Part shown: positions 38,787 to 51,700 of the stretch, in pieces
Position numbering within the stretch: the stretch's first letter is position 1
How the letters are laid out: each line of letters opens with the position of its first letter
Program-made: the position numbers and the translations under genes
DNA from: Chiloscyllium plagiosum
Taxonomy: Eukaryota
Assembly (NCBI RefSeq): GCF_004010195.1
Contig: NW_025215091.1
Span: 1 to 56,710 of the forward strand
Length of the DNA stretch: 56,710 bases
Direction of reading: 5' to 3'
Notes under the pieces: generated by a model
Databases searched by the model: none
Told to the model about the DNA's origin: nothing
The model's input: only the letters and a program-made list of their open reading frames with translations

Positions 38787-39344
38787 TTTTAGTGTAACTG
38801 GAAAAATGTTCAGCTCTCTCTCTCTCTTTCTCTCTGTCTTTCGCTCTCCTGGTACAATTGTCTTTTCCCTTTTGACTTGCTTTTACCTCTGGAGGTCCCC
38901 TTTCGCATTGAGCACGTCCGCCTCAATACCTTGGTTTTCGTAAACCAAGAAACCACGTACCCGGTACGACTTAGGTGAGTCCAACTCAGCCAGTGGTGGT
39001 TCCAAGTCTAAAACCACCCTTAACCTTGCTGTCTCCTAAACAATCTTGAGACAGCAATCCCCTTCACATGGGGTTTTACTTTAATACCACGTGAGAGTTC
39101 ACTGAACCCTTTTCCTGCTGTATTTGTTCTGTTAGAATGACTCTCTATGTAGGATTATGTAAACCACGACTCTTAGCCGACTTTATTTGATTTGAAACCT
39201 TGGTGCTAGGAAATTTCCACAGATTTCCAGTCCTCTCACGCAAAAGGTCCAATTCAGCGTTCGAGTTGAAGTGAAAGAACTTCAAGGCGCTGCGCCTGCG
39301 CCTCCTGGGAATCTTCAGAATCTCACCCAGTCGTGGGGTCCCGG

Positions 39345-39363
39345 GTCGAGCCCCCACGTTTAC
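39345..39363 (-). promoter_or_regulatory. Primer binding site, tRNA-Lys(CUU)-like, 5' part deleted
   Basis: Minus strand AACGTGGGGGCTCGA next to the LTR end matches the complement of the tRNA-Lys1,2 3' region (TGGCGCCC-AACGTGGGGCTCGA) lacking TGGCGCCC. Confidence 0.7.
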
Positions 39364-39790
39364 TGTCGTGGAAATTAAATCGACTTGACTCAATAATTAG
39401 CAAGAGCAAAGCAAGGGTCTTTATTAAAAATTTTGCAAGTTTAACCCATCACATTAAGTCAGATGCCTCAATGCAATGAGTGCCCAAACATTTACACAGA
39501 CACCTGCCTTATCGCGTTCCAAATCACACTCTCAAAGGCAGAGACTGGAGAAACTCAAGTTGTTATCCTCTCAACCCCTGGTCTTAGACATAACAGTTAT
39601 TCAACTTTCGCTGAGTTCGACTATCGCAAGGTCGAGTTGAATGCTTACAGAATTCAAACAGAGATAAGCTAACTGCAAACCTTCATCAAAGCATCGTTTA
39701 CAAAGCTCAGCACAGCATTGATTTAAACAAAGCATTCTCTTTAAACTTCACAGTATATGGATAATTAATTTCACAGTAAATGGATAATTT
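39364..39790 (-). mobile_element. ERV 5' LTR (U3 boundary uncertain, ~39752-39790)
   Basis: Ends ...ccacgaCA immediately before the PBS; AATAAA on minus at 39420-39425; TGTGAA candidate starts at 39752 and 39775. Confidence 0.7.
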
Positions 39791-39796
39791 TCTATT

Positions 39797-42700
39797 GCAG
39801 TCACAGTGCGTTCAGAGAGAATCAGAGGATGTCACAAAGTGTCTCAGGGACAGTCACAGTGAGTCAGAGTGTCATAGTGTGTCTCAGAGTGTCAGAGAGT
39901 GTCACAGTGTTTCATGGTGTGTCTTAGAGAGGGTCTCAGTGTGTCTCGGAGAGTGTCACAGTGTATCAGAGAGACGCAGGGAATGTCACAGTGTGCCAGA
40001 GAGTGTCGCAGTGTGTCAGAGCATGTCACAGTGGGTCTCAGAAACAGTCAGAGAGTGTCAAAGTGTATCATAGAGTGTCACAGTGTGTCTCAGAGAGTGA
40101 CAGAGAGAGTCACAGTGTGTTCGAGAGTGTCACAGTATATCTCAGAGAGTGTCACAGTGGGTCTCAGAGAGAGTCAGAAGGTGTCACAGTGTGTTGCAGA
40201 GAGTGTCAAAGAGAGTCAGAGTGTGGCACAGTGTGTCTCAGGGAGTGTCAGGGAGAGTCAGGTAGTGTCACAGTGTGCCACAGTCTGTCAGAGAGTGTCA
40301 CAGTAAGTCTCAGAGAGCGGCAGAGATTAACACAGTGTTTTAGAGAGGCATACAGTATGTCTCTGAGAGGTTCAGAAAGTGTCACGGTGTCTTAGAGAGT
40401 GTCACAGTGTGTCAGAGATTGTCACAGTGTGTCACAGTCTGTCAGAGAGTGTCACAATATGCCTCAAAGAGCGTCAGAGATTATCACACTATTTTAGAGA
40501 GGGATACAGCATGTCTCTGAGAGTGTCAGAAAGTGTCACAGTGTCTAAGAGAGTGTCACAGTGTGTCAGAGATTGTCACAGTGTGTCACAGTCTGTTAGA
40601 GAGTGTCACAGTCTGCCTCAGAGAGTGTCACAGTGTGTCACACAGAGTGTCAGAAAGTGTCACAGTGTCTCAGTGGGTGTCACAGTGTCACAGTAAGTCA
40701 CAGTCTGTCAGAGAGTATCACAGTGTTTCTCAGAGAGTGACAGAGATTATCACACTGTTTTAGAGAAGGATACAGTATGTCTCTGAGAGTGTCAGAAAGT
40801 GTCATAGTGTCTAAGAGCATGTCACAGTGTGTCACAGTCGGTCAGAGAGTGTCAGAAAGTGTTACAGAGTGTCACAGTGTGCCTCAGAGAGCAGCAGAGA
40901 TTATCACACTGTTTTAGAGAGGGATACAGTATGTCTCTGAGAGTGTCAGGAAGTGTCACAGTATCTTAGAGAGTGTCAAAGTGTGTCACAGTCTGTCATA
41001 GAGTGTCACAGTGTGCCTCAGAGAGCGTCTGAGATTATCACACTGTTTTAGAGAGGGATACAGTATGTCTCTGAAAGTGTCAGAAAGTGTCACAGTGTCT
41101 AAGAGAGTGTCACAGGGTGTCAGAGATTATCACAGTGTGTCACATTCTGTAAGAGAGTGTCACAGTGTGTCAGAGATTATCACAGTGTGTCATAGAGAGA
41201 GAGAGAGAGTCAGAGAGTGTCACAGAGTGTTTCATACAGAGTCACAAAAGTCACAGTATGTCACAGTCTGTCATAGAGTATAACAGTGTTTCTCAGAGAG
41301 TGACAGAGAGAGTCGGAGAGTGGCACATTGTGTAGGAGAGTGTCACAGTATGACTTTAAGCATGTCAGAGGGTGTCAAAGTGGGTCTCAAAGAGTGTCAG
41401 AGAGATTTAGAGAGTGTCACAATCTGTCTCAGACAGTGTCAGTGAGAGTCAGAGTATGTTACAGTGTGTCTCAGACAGTGTCAGAGAGCGTCATAGTATG
41501 TTTCAGAGAGTGTCAGAGCGAGTCAGAGAGTGTCACAGTGTTTCTCTGAGAGTGTCAGAGAGAGTCACAGTGTGTAACAGCCTGTCAGAGAGTGTCAAAG
41601 CATGCCTTAGAGAGTGTCACAGTGTATCTCAGAGAGTCTGAAAGAGTCAAAGTGTTTCACAGTCTGTCTCAGAGACTGTCACAGTGTGTCTCAGAGAGAC
41701 AGAGAGACTCACAGTGTGTCTCAGAGTGCCGGAGAGTATCACAGTGTGTCAGCGATTGTCAGAATGTGTCAGAGAGAGACTCAGAGAGTGTCAGAATGTG
41801 TCAGAGAGTGTCACACCGTGTCTCAGAGAGAGTCAGAGAAAATCACTGTGGGTCTCAGAGAGTGTCAGAGAGAATCAGAGAGTGTCACAGTGTATAACAG
41901 TCTGTCAGACAGTGTCACAGTCCGTCTCAGATAGTGTCAGAGAGAGTCAGGGATTGTCACAGTGCATCAGAGAGAGTCAGAGAGTGTCACAGTGTGTCTC
42001 AGAGAGAGTCAGCGAGTGTCACAGTGTTTCATACAGAGTCATAAAATGTCACCGTATGTCACAGTCTGTCAGAGAATATCACAGTGTTTCTCAGAGAGTG
42101 ACAGAGAGAGTCGGAGAGAGGCACAGTGTGTTAGAGAGTGTTACAGTATGACTCAGAGTGTGTCAGAGAGTGTCAACGTGGGTATCAGAGAGTGTCAGAG
42201 AGAGTCAAAAAGTGTCACAGTGTGTCACAGTCTGTCAGAGAGTGTCACAATATTTTTCAGAGAGTGTCAGGGAGTGTCACAGTGTGTTACAGAGAGTGTT
42301 AAAGAGGGTCAGAATGTGTCACTGTGTGTCTCAGAAAGTTTCCGAGAGAGTCAGGGAGTGTCACATTGTGACTCAGACAATGTCAGAGAGAGTCAGAGAG
42401 TGTCGCAGTGTGTCTCAGAGAGTGTCAGAGTATGTCAGAGATTGCAACAGTGTGTCACAGTCTGTCAGAGAGTGACAGAGTGTGCCTCAGAGAATGTCAC
42501 GGTGTGTCACAGCGTCTTTCAAAGAGTGTCAGAGAAAGTCACAGTCTGTCTCAGACGGTCAAAGAGGGACAGAGTGTGTCACGGTGTGTCTCAGAGTGTC
42601 ACAGTGTGTCAGTGTCGGTCAGAGAGTGTCACAGTGTGACTCAGACAGTGTCAGAGTGAGTCAGAGAGTGTCAAACTGGGTCTCAGAGAGTGTCATAGAG

Positions 42701-45700
42701 AGTCAAAAAGTGTCACAGTCTGTCAGAAAGAGTCACAATGTTTTTCAGAGAGTGTCAGAGAGTGTCACAGTGTGTGACAGAGAGTGTCAAAGAGGGTCAG
42801 AGTGTGTCACAGTGTGTCTCAAAGAGTGTCACAGTGTGTCTCAAAGGGTATCAGAGAGAGTCAGGCAGTGTCACAGACTGTCAGAGAGTGTCACAGTATG
42901 CCTCAGAGAGCATCAAAGATTATCACAGTGTTTTAGAGAGAGATACAGTATGTTTTCGAGAGTGTCAGGAAGTGTCACAGTGTCTTAGAGAGTGTCACAG
43001 TGTGTCAGAGATTGTCAGAGTGTGTCAGAGAGAGAGTCAGAGAGTGTCACAGTGTGTCAGAGAGTGTCACAGTGTGTCTCAGAGAGAGTTAGAGAGTGTC
43101 ACAGAGTGTTTTATACAGAGTCAAAAATGTCACAGTATGTCACAGTCTGTCAGAGAGCATCACAGTTTTGCTCAGAGAGTGACAGAGAGAGTCACAGTCT
43201 GTCTGTGTGTCAAATCGGTCAGAGTGTGTCACAGTGAGTCTCTGAGAGTGTCACAGTGTGTCTCAGTGTCGGTCACAGAGTGTCATAGTGTGACTCAGTG
43301 TCTCACAGTCGGTCAGAGAGTGTCACAGAGAGTCAGAGACTGTCACAGTGTGACTCAGACAATGTCAGAGAGAGTCAGAGAGTGTCGCAGTGTGTCTCAG
43401 AGAGTGTCAGAGTATGTCAGAGATTGCAACAGTGTGTCACAGTCTGTCAGAGAGTGACAAAGTGTGCCTCAGAGAATGTCACGGTGTGTCTCACAGAGAG
43501 TCAGAAAGTGTCACAGTGTCTCAGTGGGTGTCGCAGTGTGTCAGAGAATGTCACAGTATGTCAGAGAGAGAGTCAGAGAGATCCACAGTGTGTTTCATAC
43601 AGAGTAACAAAATGTCACAGTATGTCACAGTCTGTCAGAGAGTATCATAGTCTTTCTAGGAGAGTGATAAAGAGAGTCGGAGAGTGGCACAGTGTGTCAG
43701 TGGGTGTCACAGTATGACTTTAAGAGTGTCAGAGAATGTCAAAGTGGGTCTCAGAGAGTGTCAGAGAGAGTTCAAAAGTGTCACAGTGTGTCACAGTCTG
43801 TCAAAGGGTGTTACAATGTTTTTCAGAGAGTGTCACAGTGGGTCTCAGAGAGAGTCAGAGAATGTCACAGTGTGTTACAGAGTGTGTCAATGAGGGTCAG
43901 AATGTGTCACAGTGTGTCTCAGAGAGTGTCACAGTGTGTCTCAGGGAGTGTCAGAGAGAGCCATGGAGTGTCACAGTGTGTCACAGTCTGTCAAAAAGTG
44001 TCAGAGATTATCACAGTGTTTTAGAGAGGGATACAGTATATCTCTGAGAGTGTCAGGAAGTGTCACAGTATCTTAGAGAGTGTCACAGTGTGTAAGAGAT
44101 TGTTACAGTGTGTCACAGTCTGTCAGAGAGTGTCACAGTGTGCCTCAGAGAGTGACACAGTGTGTCTCACAGAGTGTCAGAAAGTGTCATAGTGTCTCAG
44201 TGGGTGTCACAGTGTGTTAGGGATTGTCACAGCGTGGCAGATAGAGAGTCAGAGAGTGTCACAGTGTGTCAGAGAGTGTCACAGTGTGTCTCAGAAAATG
44301 TCAGGGTCTGTCGGAGCGTGTCTTAGTGTGTCAGAGGGAGTCAGAAAGTGTCAGAGTTGTCTCAGAGTGTGTCAGAGAGTTTCACAGTGTTTCAGAGAGT
44401 GTCACATTGTGACAGAGAGTGTCAGAGAGAATCAGAGAGTCACAGTTTATCACAGTCTGTCAGAAAGTGTCACAGTGAGTCAGAGATTGTCACAGTGTGT
44501 CAGAGATTGTCACAGCGTGTCAGAGAGAGAGTCAGACAGTGTCCCACTGTGACAGAGAGTGTCACAAACTGTCTCATATTGTGTCAGAAAATGTCAGAGA
44601 GAGGCAGAGCGTGTGACAGTGTGTGTCAGAGTGTCACAGTGTGTCTCAGACAAAGTAAGGGAGTGTCAGAGAGAGCTAGAGAGAGTCACAGTGTGTTTCA
44701 AAGAGTATCGGAGAGAGTCAGAGAGTGTGTCTCTGAGAGTATCAGAGAATGTCAGAGAGCGTCCCAGTGTGTAAGAGAGTGTCACAGTGTGTCAGAGAGT
44801 GCCACAGTGCGTCTCAGAGAGAGTCAGAGAGTGTAACAGTGTATCTCACAGAGTGTCAAAAGTTGTCACAGTGTCTCAGTGGGTGTCACAGTGTGTCAGA
44901 GAGAGGGTCAGAGAGTGTCACAGTATGTCAGAGAGTGTCACAGTGTGTCTCAGAGAGAGTCAGAGAGTGTCACAGAGTGTCTCATACAGAGTCAAAAAGT
45001 GTCAGTCTGTCAGAGAGTATCGCAGTGTTTCTCAGAGAGTGACAGCAAGAGTCAGAGAGCGGCACAGCGTGTAAGAGAGTTGCACAGTATGTCACAGAGA
45101 GAGTCATATAGTGTCACAGTGGATCTCAGAGACAAAGTGAAAAAGTGTCGCAGTCTGTCAGAAAGTGTCACAGCGTCTTTCAGAGAGTGTCAGAGAAAGT
45201 CACAGTCTGTCTCAGACGGTCAAAGAGGGACAGAGTGTGTCACGGTGTGTCTCAGAGGGTCACAGTGTGTCAGTGTCGGTCAGAGAGTGTCACAGTGTGA
45301 CTCAGACAGTGTCAGAGTGTTTCAGAGACTGTCGAAGTGTGTCTCAGAGAGTGTCAGAGAATGTCAGAGATTGTCACAGTATGTCACATTCTGTCAGAGA
45401 GTGTCACAGTGTGACTCAGACAGTGTCAGAGTGAGTCAGAGAGTGTCAAACTGGGTCTCAGAGAGAGTCATAGAGAGTCAAAAAGTGTCACAGTCTGTCA
45501 GAAAGAGTCACAATGTTTTTCAGAGAGTGTCAGAGAGTGTCACAGTGTGTGACAGAGAGTGTCAAAGAGGGTCAGAGTGTGTCACAGTTTGTCTCAAAGA
45601 GTGTCACAGTGTGTCTCAAGGGGTATCAGAGAGAGTCAGGCAGTGTCACAGTCTACAAGAGAGTGTCACAGTCTGCGTCAGAGCGCGTCAGAGATTATCA

Positions 45701-48700
45701 CAGTGTCTTCGAGGGTGTCACAGTGTGTCTCAAGGAGTGTCAGAGGGAGTCAGAGATTGTCACAGTGTGTCACAGTCTGTCAGAGAGTGTCACAGAGTGC
45801 CTCAGAGAGCGGCAGAGAGTATCACAATGTTTTAGAGAGGGATGCAGTATGTCTCTGAGAGGGTCAGAAAGTGTCACAGTGTCTAAGAGAATGTCACAGT
45901 GTGTCGGAGAATGTCACAGTGTGTCTCATAGAGTGTCAGAAAGTGTCACAGTGTCTCAGTTGTTGTCACAGTGTGTCAGAGAGCGAGTCAGAGAGTGCCA
46001 CAGTGTGTCAGCGAGTGTCACAGTATGTTTCATGCAGAGTCAAAAAGTGTCAGAGTCTTTCAGAGAGTATCACAGTGTTTCTCAGAGAGTGACAGAGACA
46101 GTCAGAGAGCGGCACAGCGAGTAAGAGAATGTCACAATCTGTCTCAGACAGTGTCAGTGAGAGTCAGAGTATGTCACAGTGTGTCGCAGACAGTCAGAGA
46201 GAGACAGAAAGTATCACAGTGTGTCACAGTCTGTCAGAGCGTGTCATAGTGTGTCTCAGAGATTGTCTGAGTCAGAAAGTGCCACAGTGTGTCACAGTCT
46301 GTCAAGATTTACTACTATGTCTTTCAGAGCATTTCGGAGAGAGTCAGAGAGTGTCACAGTCTGTCTCAGAGATTGTCAGAGGTGATCAGAGTTTTTTTGA
46401 AGGTCAAAGTCTGTCAGAGAGTGTCACAGAGTGCCTCAGAGAGCGGCAGAGAGTATCACAATGTTTTAGAGAGGGATACAATATGTCTCTGAGAGTGTCA
46501 GAAAGTGTCACAGTGTCTAAAAGAGTGTCACAGTGTGTCAGAGAATGTCCCAGTGTGTCTCATAGAGTGTCGGAAAGTGTCACAGTGTCTCAGTTGGTGT
46601 CACAGTGTGTCAGTGAGCGAGTCAGAGAGTGTCACAGTGTGTCAGAGAGTGTCACAGTATATTTCATGCAGAGTCAAAAAGTGTCAGAGTCTTTCAGAGA
46701 GTATCACAGTGTTTCTCAGAGAGTGACAGAGACAGTCAGAGAGTGGCACAGCGCCTAAGAGAATGTCACAGTCTGTCTCAGACAGTGTCAGTTAGAGTCA
46801 GAGTATGTCACAGTGTGTCACAGACAGTCAGAGAGAGACAGAAAGTATCACAGTGTGTCACAGTCTGTCAGAGTGTGTCATAGTGTGTATCAGACATTGT
46901 CAGAGAGAGTCAGAAAGTGCCACAGTGTGTCACAGTCTGCCAGAAATTGTTACTATGTCTTTCAAAGAGTGTCAGATAGAGTCAGAGAGCGCAACAGTGT
47001 ATCGTACTGTGCTTCAGAGCATGTGAGAGAGAGTCAGAGAGTGTCACAGTCTGTCTCAGAGATTGTCAGAGGTGGTCAGAGATTTTCTGAAGGTAACAGT
47101 CTGTCAAAGAGTGTCACAGAGTGCCTCAGAGAGCGGCAGAGAGTATCACAATGTTTTAGAGAGGGATACAGTATGTCTCTGAGAGGTTCAGAAAGTGTCA
47201 CAGTGTCTAAGAGAGTGTCACAGTGTGTCAGAGAATGTCACAGTGTGTCTCACAGAGTGTCAGAAAGAGTCACAGTGTCTCAGTTGGTGTCACAGTGTGT
47301 CAGAGAGTGAGTCAGAGAGTGTCATAGTGTGTCAGAGAGAGTCATAATGTGTTTCATGCAGAGTCAAAAAGTGTCAGAGTCTTTCAGAGAGTATCACAGT
47401 GTTTCTCAGAGAGTGACAGAGACAGTCAGAGAGCGGCACAGCGCCTAAGAGAATGTCACAGTCTGTCTCAGACAGTGTCAGTGAGAGTCAGAGTATGTCA
47501 CAGTGTGTCGCAGACAGTCAGAGAGAGTCAGAAAGTACCACAATGTATCACAGTCTGTCAGAGCGTGTCATAGTGTGTCTCAGACATTGTCAGAGAGAGT
47601 CAGAAAGTGCCACAGTGTGTCACAGTCTGTCAGAAATTGTTACCATGTGTTTCAGAGAGTGTCAGATAGAGTCAGAGAGCGTCACGGTGTATCGTACTGT
47701 GCCTCAGAGCATGTCAGAGAGAGTCAGAGAGTGGCACAGTCTGTCTCAGAGATTGTCAGAGGTGGTCTGAGTTTTTCTGAAGGTCACAGTCTGTCAGAGA
47801 GTGTTACAGTGTGTCTCAGTGAGTGAGTGAAAGAGGGAAAGAGTGTCACAGAGTGCTTCAGAGACTGTCAGAGAGTCACAGTCTGTCTCAGAGAGTGTCA
47901 GAGAGGGTCAGAGAGTCCACAGTGTGTCTGAAGAGTGTCACTGTGTCACAGAGTATGTCACAGTGTGTCGCGGTGTGTCACAGTGTGTCTCAGAGAATGT
48001 CAGAGTGTGTCAGATAGAGTCACATTGTGTCTCAGAGAGTGTCACAGTGTGTCACTGAGTGTCACAGAGTGTCACAGAATGTCACAGTGTGTCTCAGAGT
48101 GTCAGAGTGAGTCGGAAAGTGTCACAGTGTGTCACCGAGAGTGTCAAACTGCGTCACAGTCTGTATGAGAAGGTTACAGTGTATTTCAGAGTTTATCAGA
48201 AAGACTCAGCGAGTGTCACAGCGAGTCATGCTGTGTATCAGAGAGTGTCAAAGAGAGTCAGAGAGTGTTACAGTGTGCCGCAGAGAGTGTCAGAGTGGGT
48301 CAGAGAATGTCACAGTTTGTCTCAGACAGTAAGAGAGAGTCAGAAAGTGTCACAGTGTGTCTCCGAGAGTGTCACATTGTGTCACAGTCTGCAAGAGAAG
48401 GTTACAGTTTATTTCAGAGTTCATTAGAGAGTGTCAGACAGGGTCACAGTGAATCAGACTAAGTCTCAGAGTTTGTGAGAGAGGGTTAGCGTTTGTCTCA
48501 GAGAGGGTCACAGTGCGTGAGAGAGTGTCAACGTGTGTCAAAGTCTGTCAGAGAGTGTCGTATTGTGTTTTAAATTGTCAGAGAGAGTCACAGTGTGTCT
48601 CAGAGAATGTCAGCGTGTCAGATAGAGTCATAGTGTGTCTCAGAGAGTATCACAGTGTGTCTCAGAGAATGTCCGAGCGAGTCAGAGAGTGTCACAGTGT

Positions 48701-51700
48701 GTCAGAGAGTGTCATAGTGTGTTACAGAGAGTGTCAGAGAGTTTCACAATCTGTCAGAATGTCACAGTGTGTATCAGCGAGTGTCAGAGTGTCGCAGTGT
48801 GTCTCAGAGTGTCAGAGAGAGTCGCAGTGTGTCTCACAGTTTCAGGGTGAGTCACAGTGTGTCTCAGAGTGTCAGAGAATGTCACTGTGTGTCTCAGAGT
48901 TTCAGGGTGCGTCACACTGCGTCTCAGAGAGCCAGAGAATGTCACAGTGTGTCTTAGAGATTGTCAGGGAGCTTCAGACAGTGTCACAGTCTGTCTGAGA
49001 GGGGTTCAGAGTGTGTTACCGTGTGTCACAGTCCGTCAGAGAGTGTTACAGCGTCACTCAGAGAGTGTCAGAGAAAGACAGAGAGTGTCACAGTGTGTCT
49101 CAGAGACTGTTACGTCGTGTCTCAGAGAGTGTCAGAGAGGGTCAGAGAGTGTCACATTGTGTCACAGTCTGTAAGAGAAGGTTACAGTGTATTTCAGAGC
49201 GTTTCAGAGAGAGTCACAGAGTATCACAGTGAGTCATGCTGTGTCTCAGAGCGTGTCTGAGAGGGTCAGCGTTTGCTCAGAGAGGGGCAGCGTTCGCTCA
49301 GAGAGGGTCACAGTCTGTCAGAGAGTGTCACAGAGTGTCTCAGAGAGTGACAGAAAGAGTCAGAGAGTGTCACAATGTGTCGAAGAGAGTTTCAGAGAAA
49401 GTTAGAGCGTGTCACAGTTTGTCAGAGTCTGTCAGAGAGTGTCACAGTGTGCCTCAGAGAAAGTCAGAGAATGTCACAGTGCGTTCAGTCTGTCAGAGCG
49501 AGTCATAGTGTGTCACAATCTGTCAGAAATTGTTATCGTGTGTTTCAGAGAGTGTCAGATCGAGTCAGTGAGCGTCACAGTGTATCGTACTGTGCCTCAG
49601 AGAATATCAGAGAGAGTCAGAGAGTGTCACAGTCTGTCTCAGAGAGTGTCACGGTGTGTCTCGGAGAGTCTCGCAGAGTGTCTCCGGGAGTCAGAGACAG
49701 TCAAAAGTGTCATAGTCTGTCTCAGAGAGTGTCACAGTCTGTGAGAGAGTGTCACAGAGTGCCTCAGAGAGTCTCAGAGAAAGTCAGAGAATGTCACAGT
49801 CTGTCAGAGACTGTCTCAGAGAGTGTCACAGTGTGTATCAGACAGTCAGAGAGAGTCAGAAAGTGTCACAGTGCGTCTCCGAGAGTGTCACAGTATGTCA
49901 CAGTCTGCAAGAGATGGTTACAGTTTATTTCAGAGTTCATCAGAGAGAGTCAGACAGGGTCACAGTGAATCAGACTATGTCTCAGAGTTTGTGAGAGAGG
50001 GTAAGTGTTTGTCTCAGAGAGGGTCAAAATGCGAGAGAGAGTGTCAACGTGTGTCAAAGTCTGTCAGAGAGTGTCGTATTGTGTTTTAAATTGTCATAGA
50101 GAGTCACAGTGTGTCTCAGAAAATGTCAGAGTGTCAGATAGAGTCATAGTGTGTCTCAGAGAGTATCACAGTGTGTTTCAGATAATGTCCGAGCGAGTCA
50201 GAGAGTGTCACAGTGTGTCAGAGAGTGTCATGGTGTGTTACAGAGAGTGTCAGAGAGTGTCACAATCTGTCAGAATGTCACAGTGTGTATCAGTGACTGT
50301 CAGAGAGAGTCGCAGTGTGTCTCAGAGAGTCAGAGAGTGTCACAGTGTGTCTCAGAGTTACATGATGAGTTACAGTGTGTCTCAGAGAGTCAGAGAATGC
50401 CACAGAGTGTCTCAGGGATTGTCAGGGAGCGTCAGACATTGTCACAGTCTGTCTCAGAGGGGGTCAGAGTGTGTCATACTATGTCACAGTCTGTCAGAGA
50501 GTGTCAAAGTGTGTCTCAGAGAGTCAGAGAGAGTCAAACGTGTGACAGTCTGTCTCAGAGAGTGTCACAGAATGTGAGAGAATGTCACAGAGTGCCTCAG
50601 AGAGTCTCAGAGAAAGTCAGGGTATATCACAGTCTGTCAGAGAGTGTCACAGTGTGTCTCAGAGTGTGTCACAGTGTATGTCAGAGTTTGTAAGAGAAAG
50701 TCAGAAAGTGTCACAGTACATCTCCGAGAGTGTCAGTGTGTCACAGTCTGCAAAAGAAGGTTACAGTTTATTTCAGAGTTCATCAGAGAGAGTCAGACAG
50801 GGTCACAGTGAATCAGATTATGTCTCAGAGTTTGTAAGAGAGGGTCAGCGTTTGTCTCAGAGAGGGTCACAGTTAGTGAGAGAGTCTCAACGTGTGACAA
50901 AGCCTGTCAGAGGGTGTCGTATTGTGTTTTAGATTGTCAGAGAGAGTCAGAAAATGTCACAGTGAGACATGCTGTGTCTCACAGAGATTCAAAAAGTGTC
51001 ACTGTTGGTCTGAGAGAGTGTCTGAGAGGGTCAGAAACTGTCAGAAACTGTTACCGTGTGTTTCAGAGAGTGTCAGATCGAGTCAGAGAGCGTCACAGTG
51101 TATCGTACTGTGGCTCAGATAATGTCAGAGAGTGTCATAGTCTGTCTCAGAGAGTGTCAGAGGTGGTCAGAGTTTGTCTGAGGGTCACAGTCTGTCAGAG
51201 AGTGTTACAGTGTGTCTCAGAGAGAGACAGGAAGAGGGAAAGAGTTTTACAGAGTGCTTAAGAGACTGTCACATAGAGTCAGAGAGTGACACAGTCTGTC
51301 TCACAGAGTTTCAGAGATAGTCAGAGGATGTCACAGTGTGTCGGCGTGAGTCGCAGTGTGTCTCAGAGTAAGTCAGAGAATGTCACAGTGTGTCACAATC
51401 TGTCAGAGAGTCACAGTGTGTCTCAGAGAAAGTCCGAGAGAGTCAGAGAGTGTCACAGTGTGTCAGAGAGTGTCACAGTCTTTCAGAATGTGTCACAGTG
51501 TGTTTCAGAGAGCGTCAGAGCGTGTCACAGTGTGTCTCAGAGACGGGCAGAGAGTGTCACAGTGTGTCTCAGAGTGTACCAGAGAGAGTCAGAAAGTGTT
51601 ACAGTGTGGCTCCGAGAGTGTCACAGTGGGTCACAGTTTGTAAGAGAAGGTTACAGTGTATTTCAGAGTGAGTCAGAGAGTGTCACAGTGAGTCATGCTG

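Larger units (their letters stand above)
35181..39790 (-). mobile_element. Decayed endogenous retrovirus, class I (epsilon/gamma-related, fish type), 3'-truncated within RT
   Basis: Colinear LTR-PBS-leader-gag-pro-RT on the minus strand with many stops and frameshifts; RNase H, integrase, env and 3' LTR not seen. Confidence 0.92.

Noticed and set aside
39325..39360. tRNA-Lys gene fragment on the + strand
   Set aside because: Only the 3' T-arm portion matches and it abuts the LTR end; better explained as the retroviral PBS
35181..39790. Endogenous foamy virus, suggested by Lys PBS and GR-rich Gag
   Set aside because: CCHC knuckle, myristoylation motif, MHR-like motif and in-frame gag-pro are not spumavirus features
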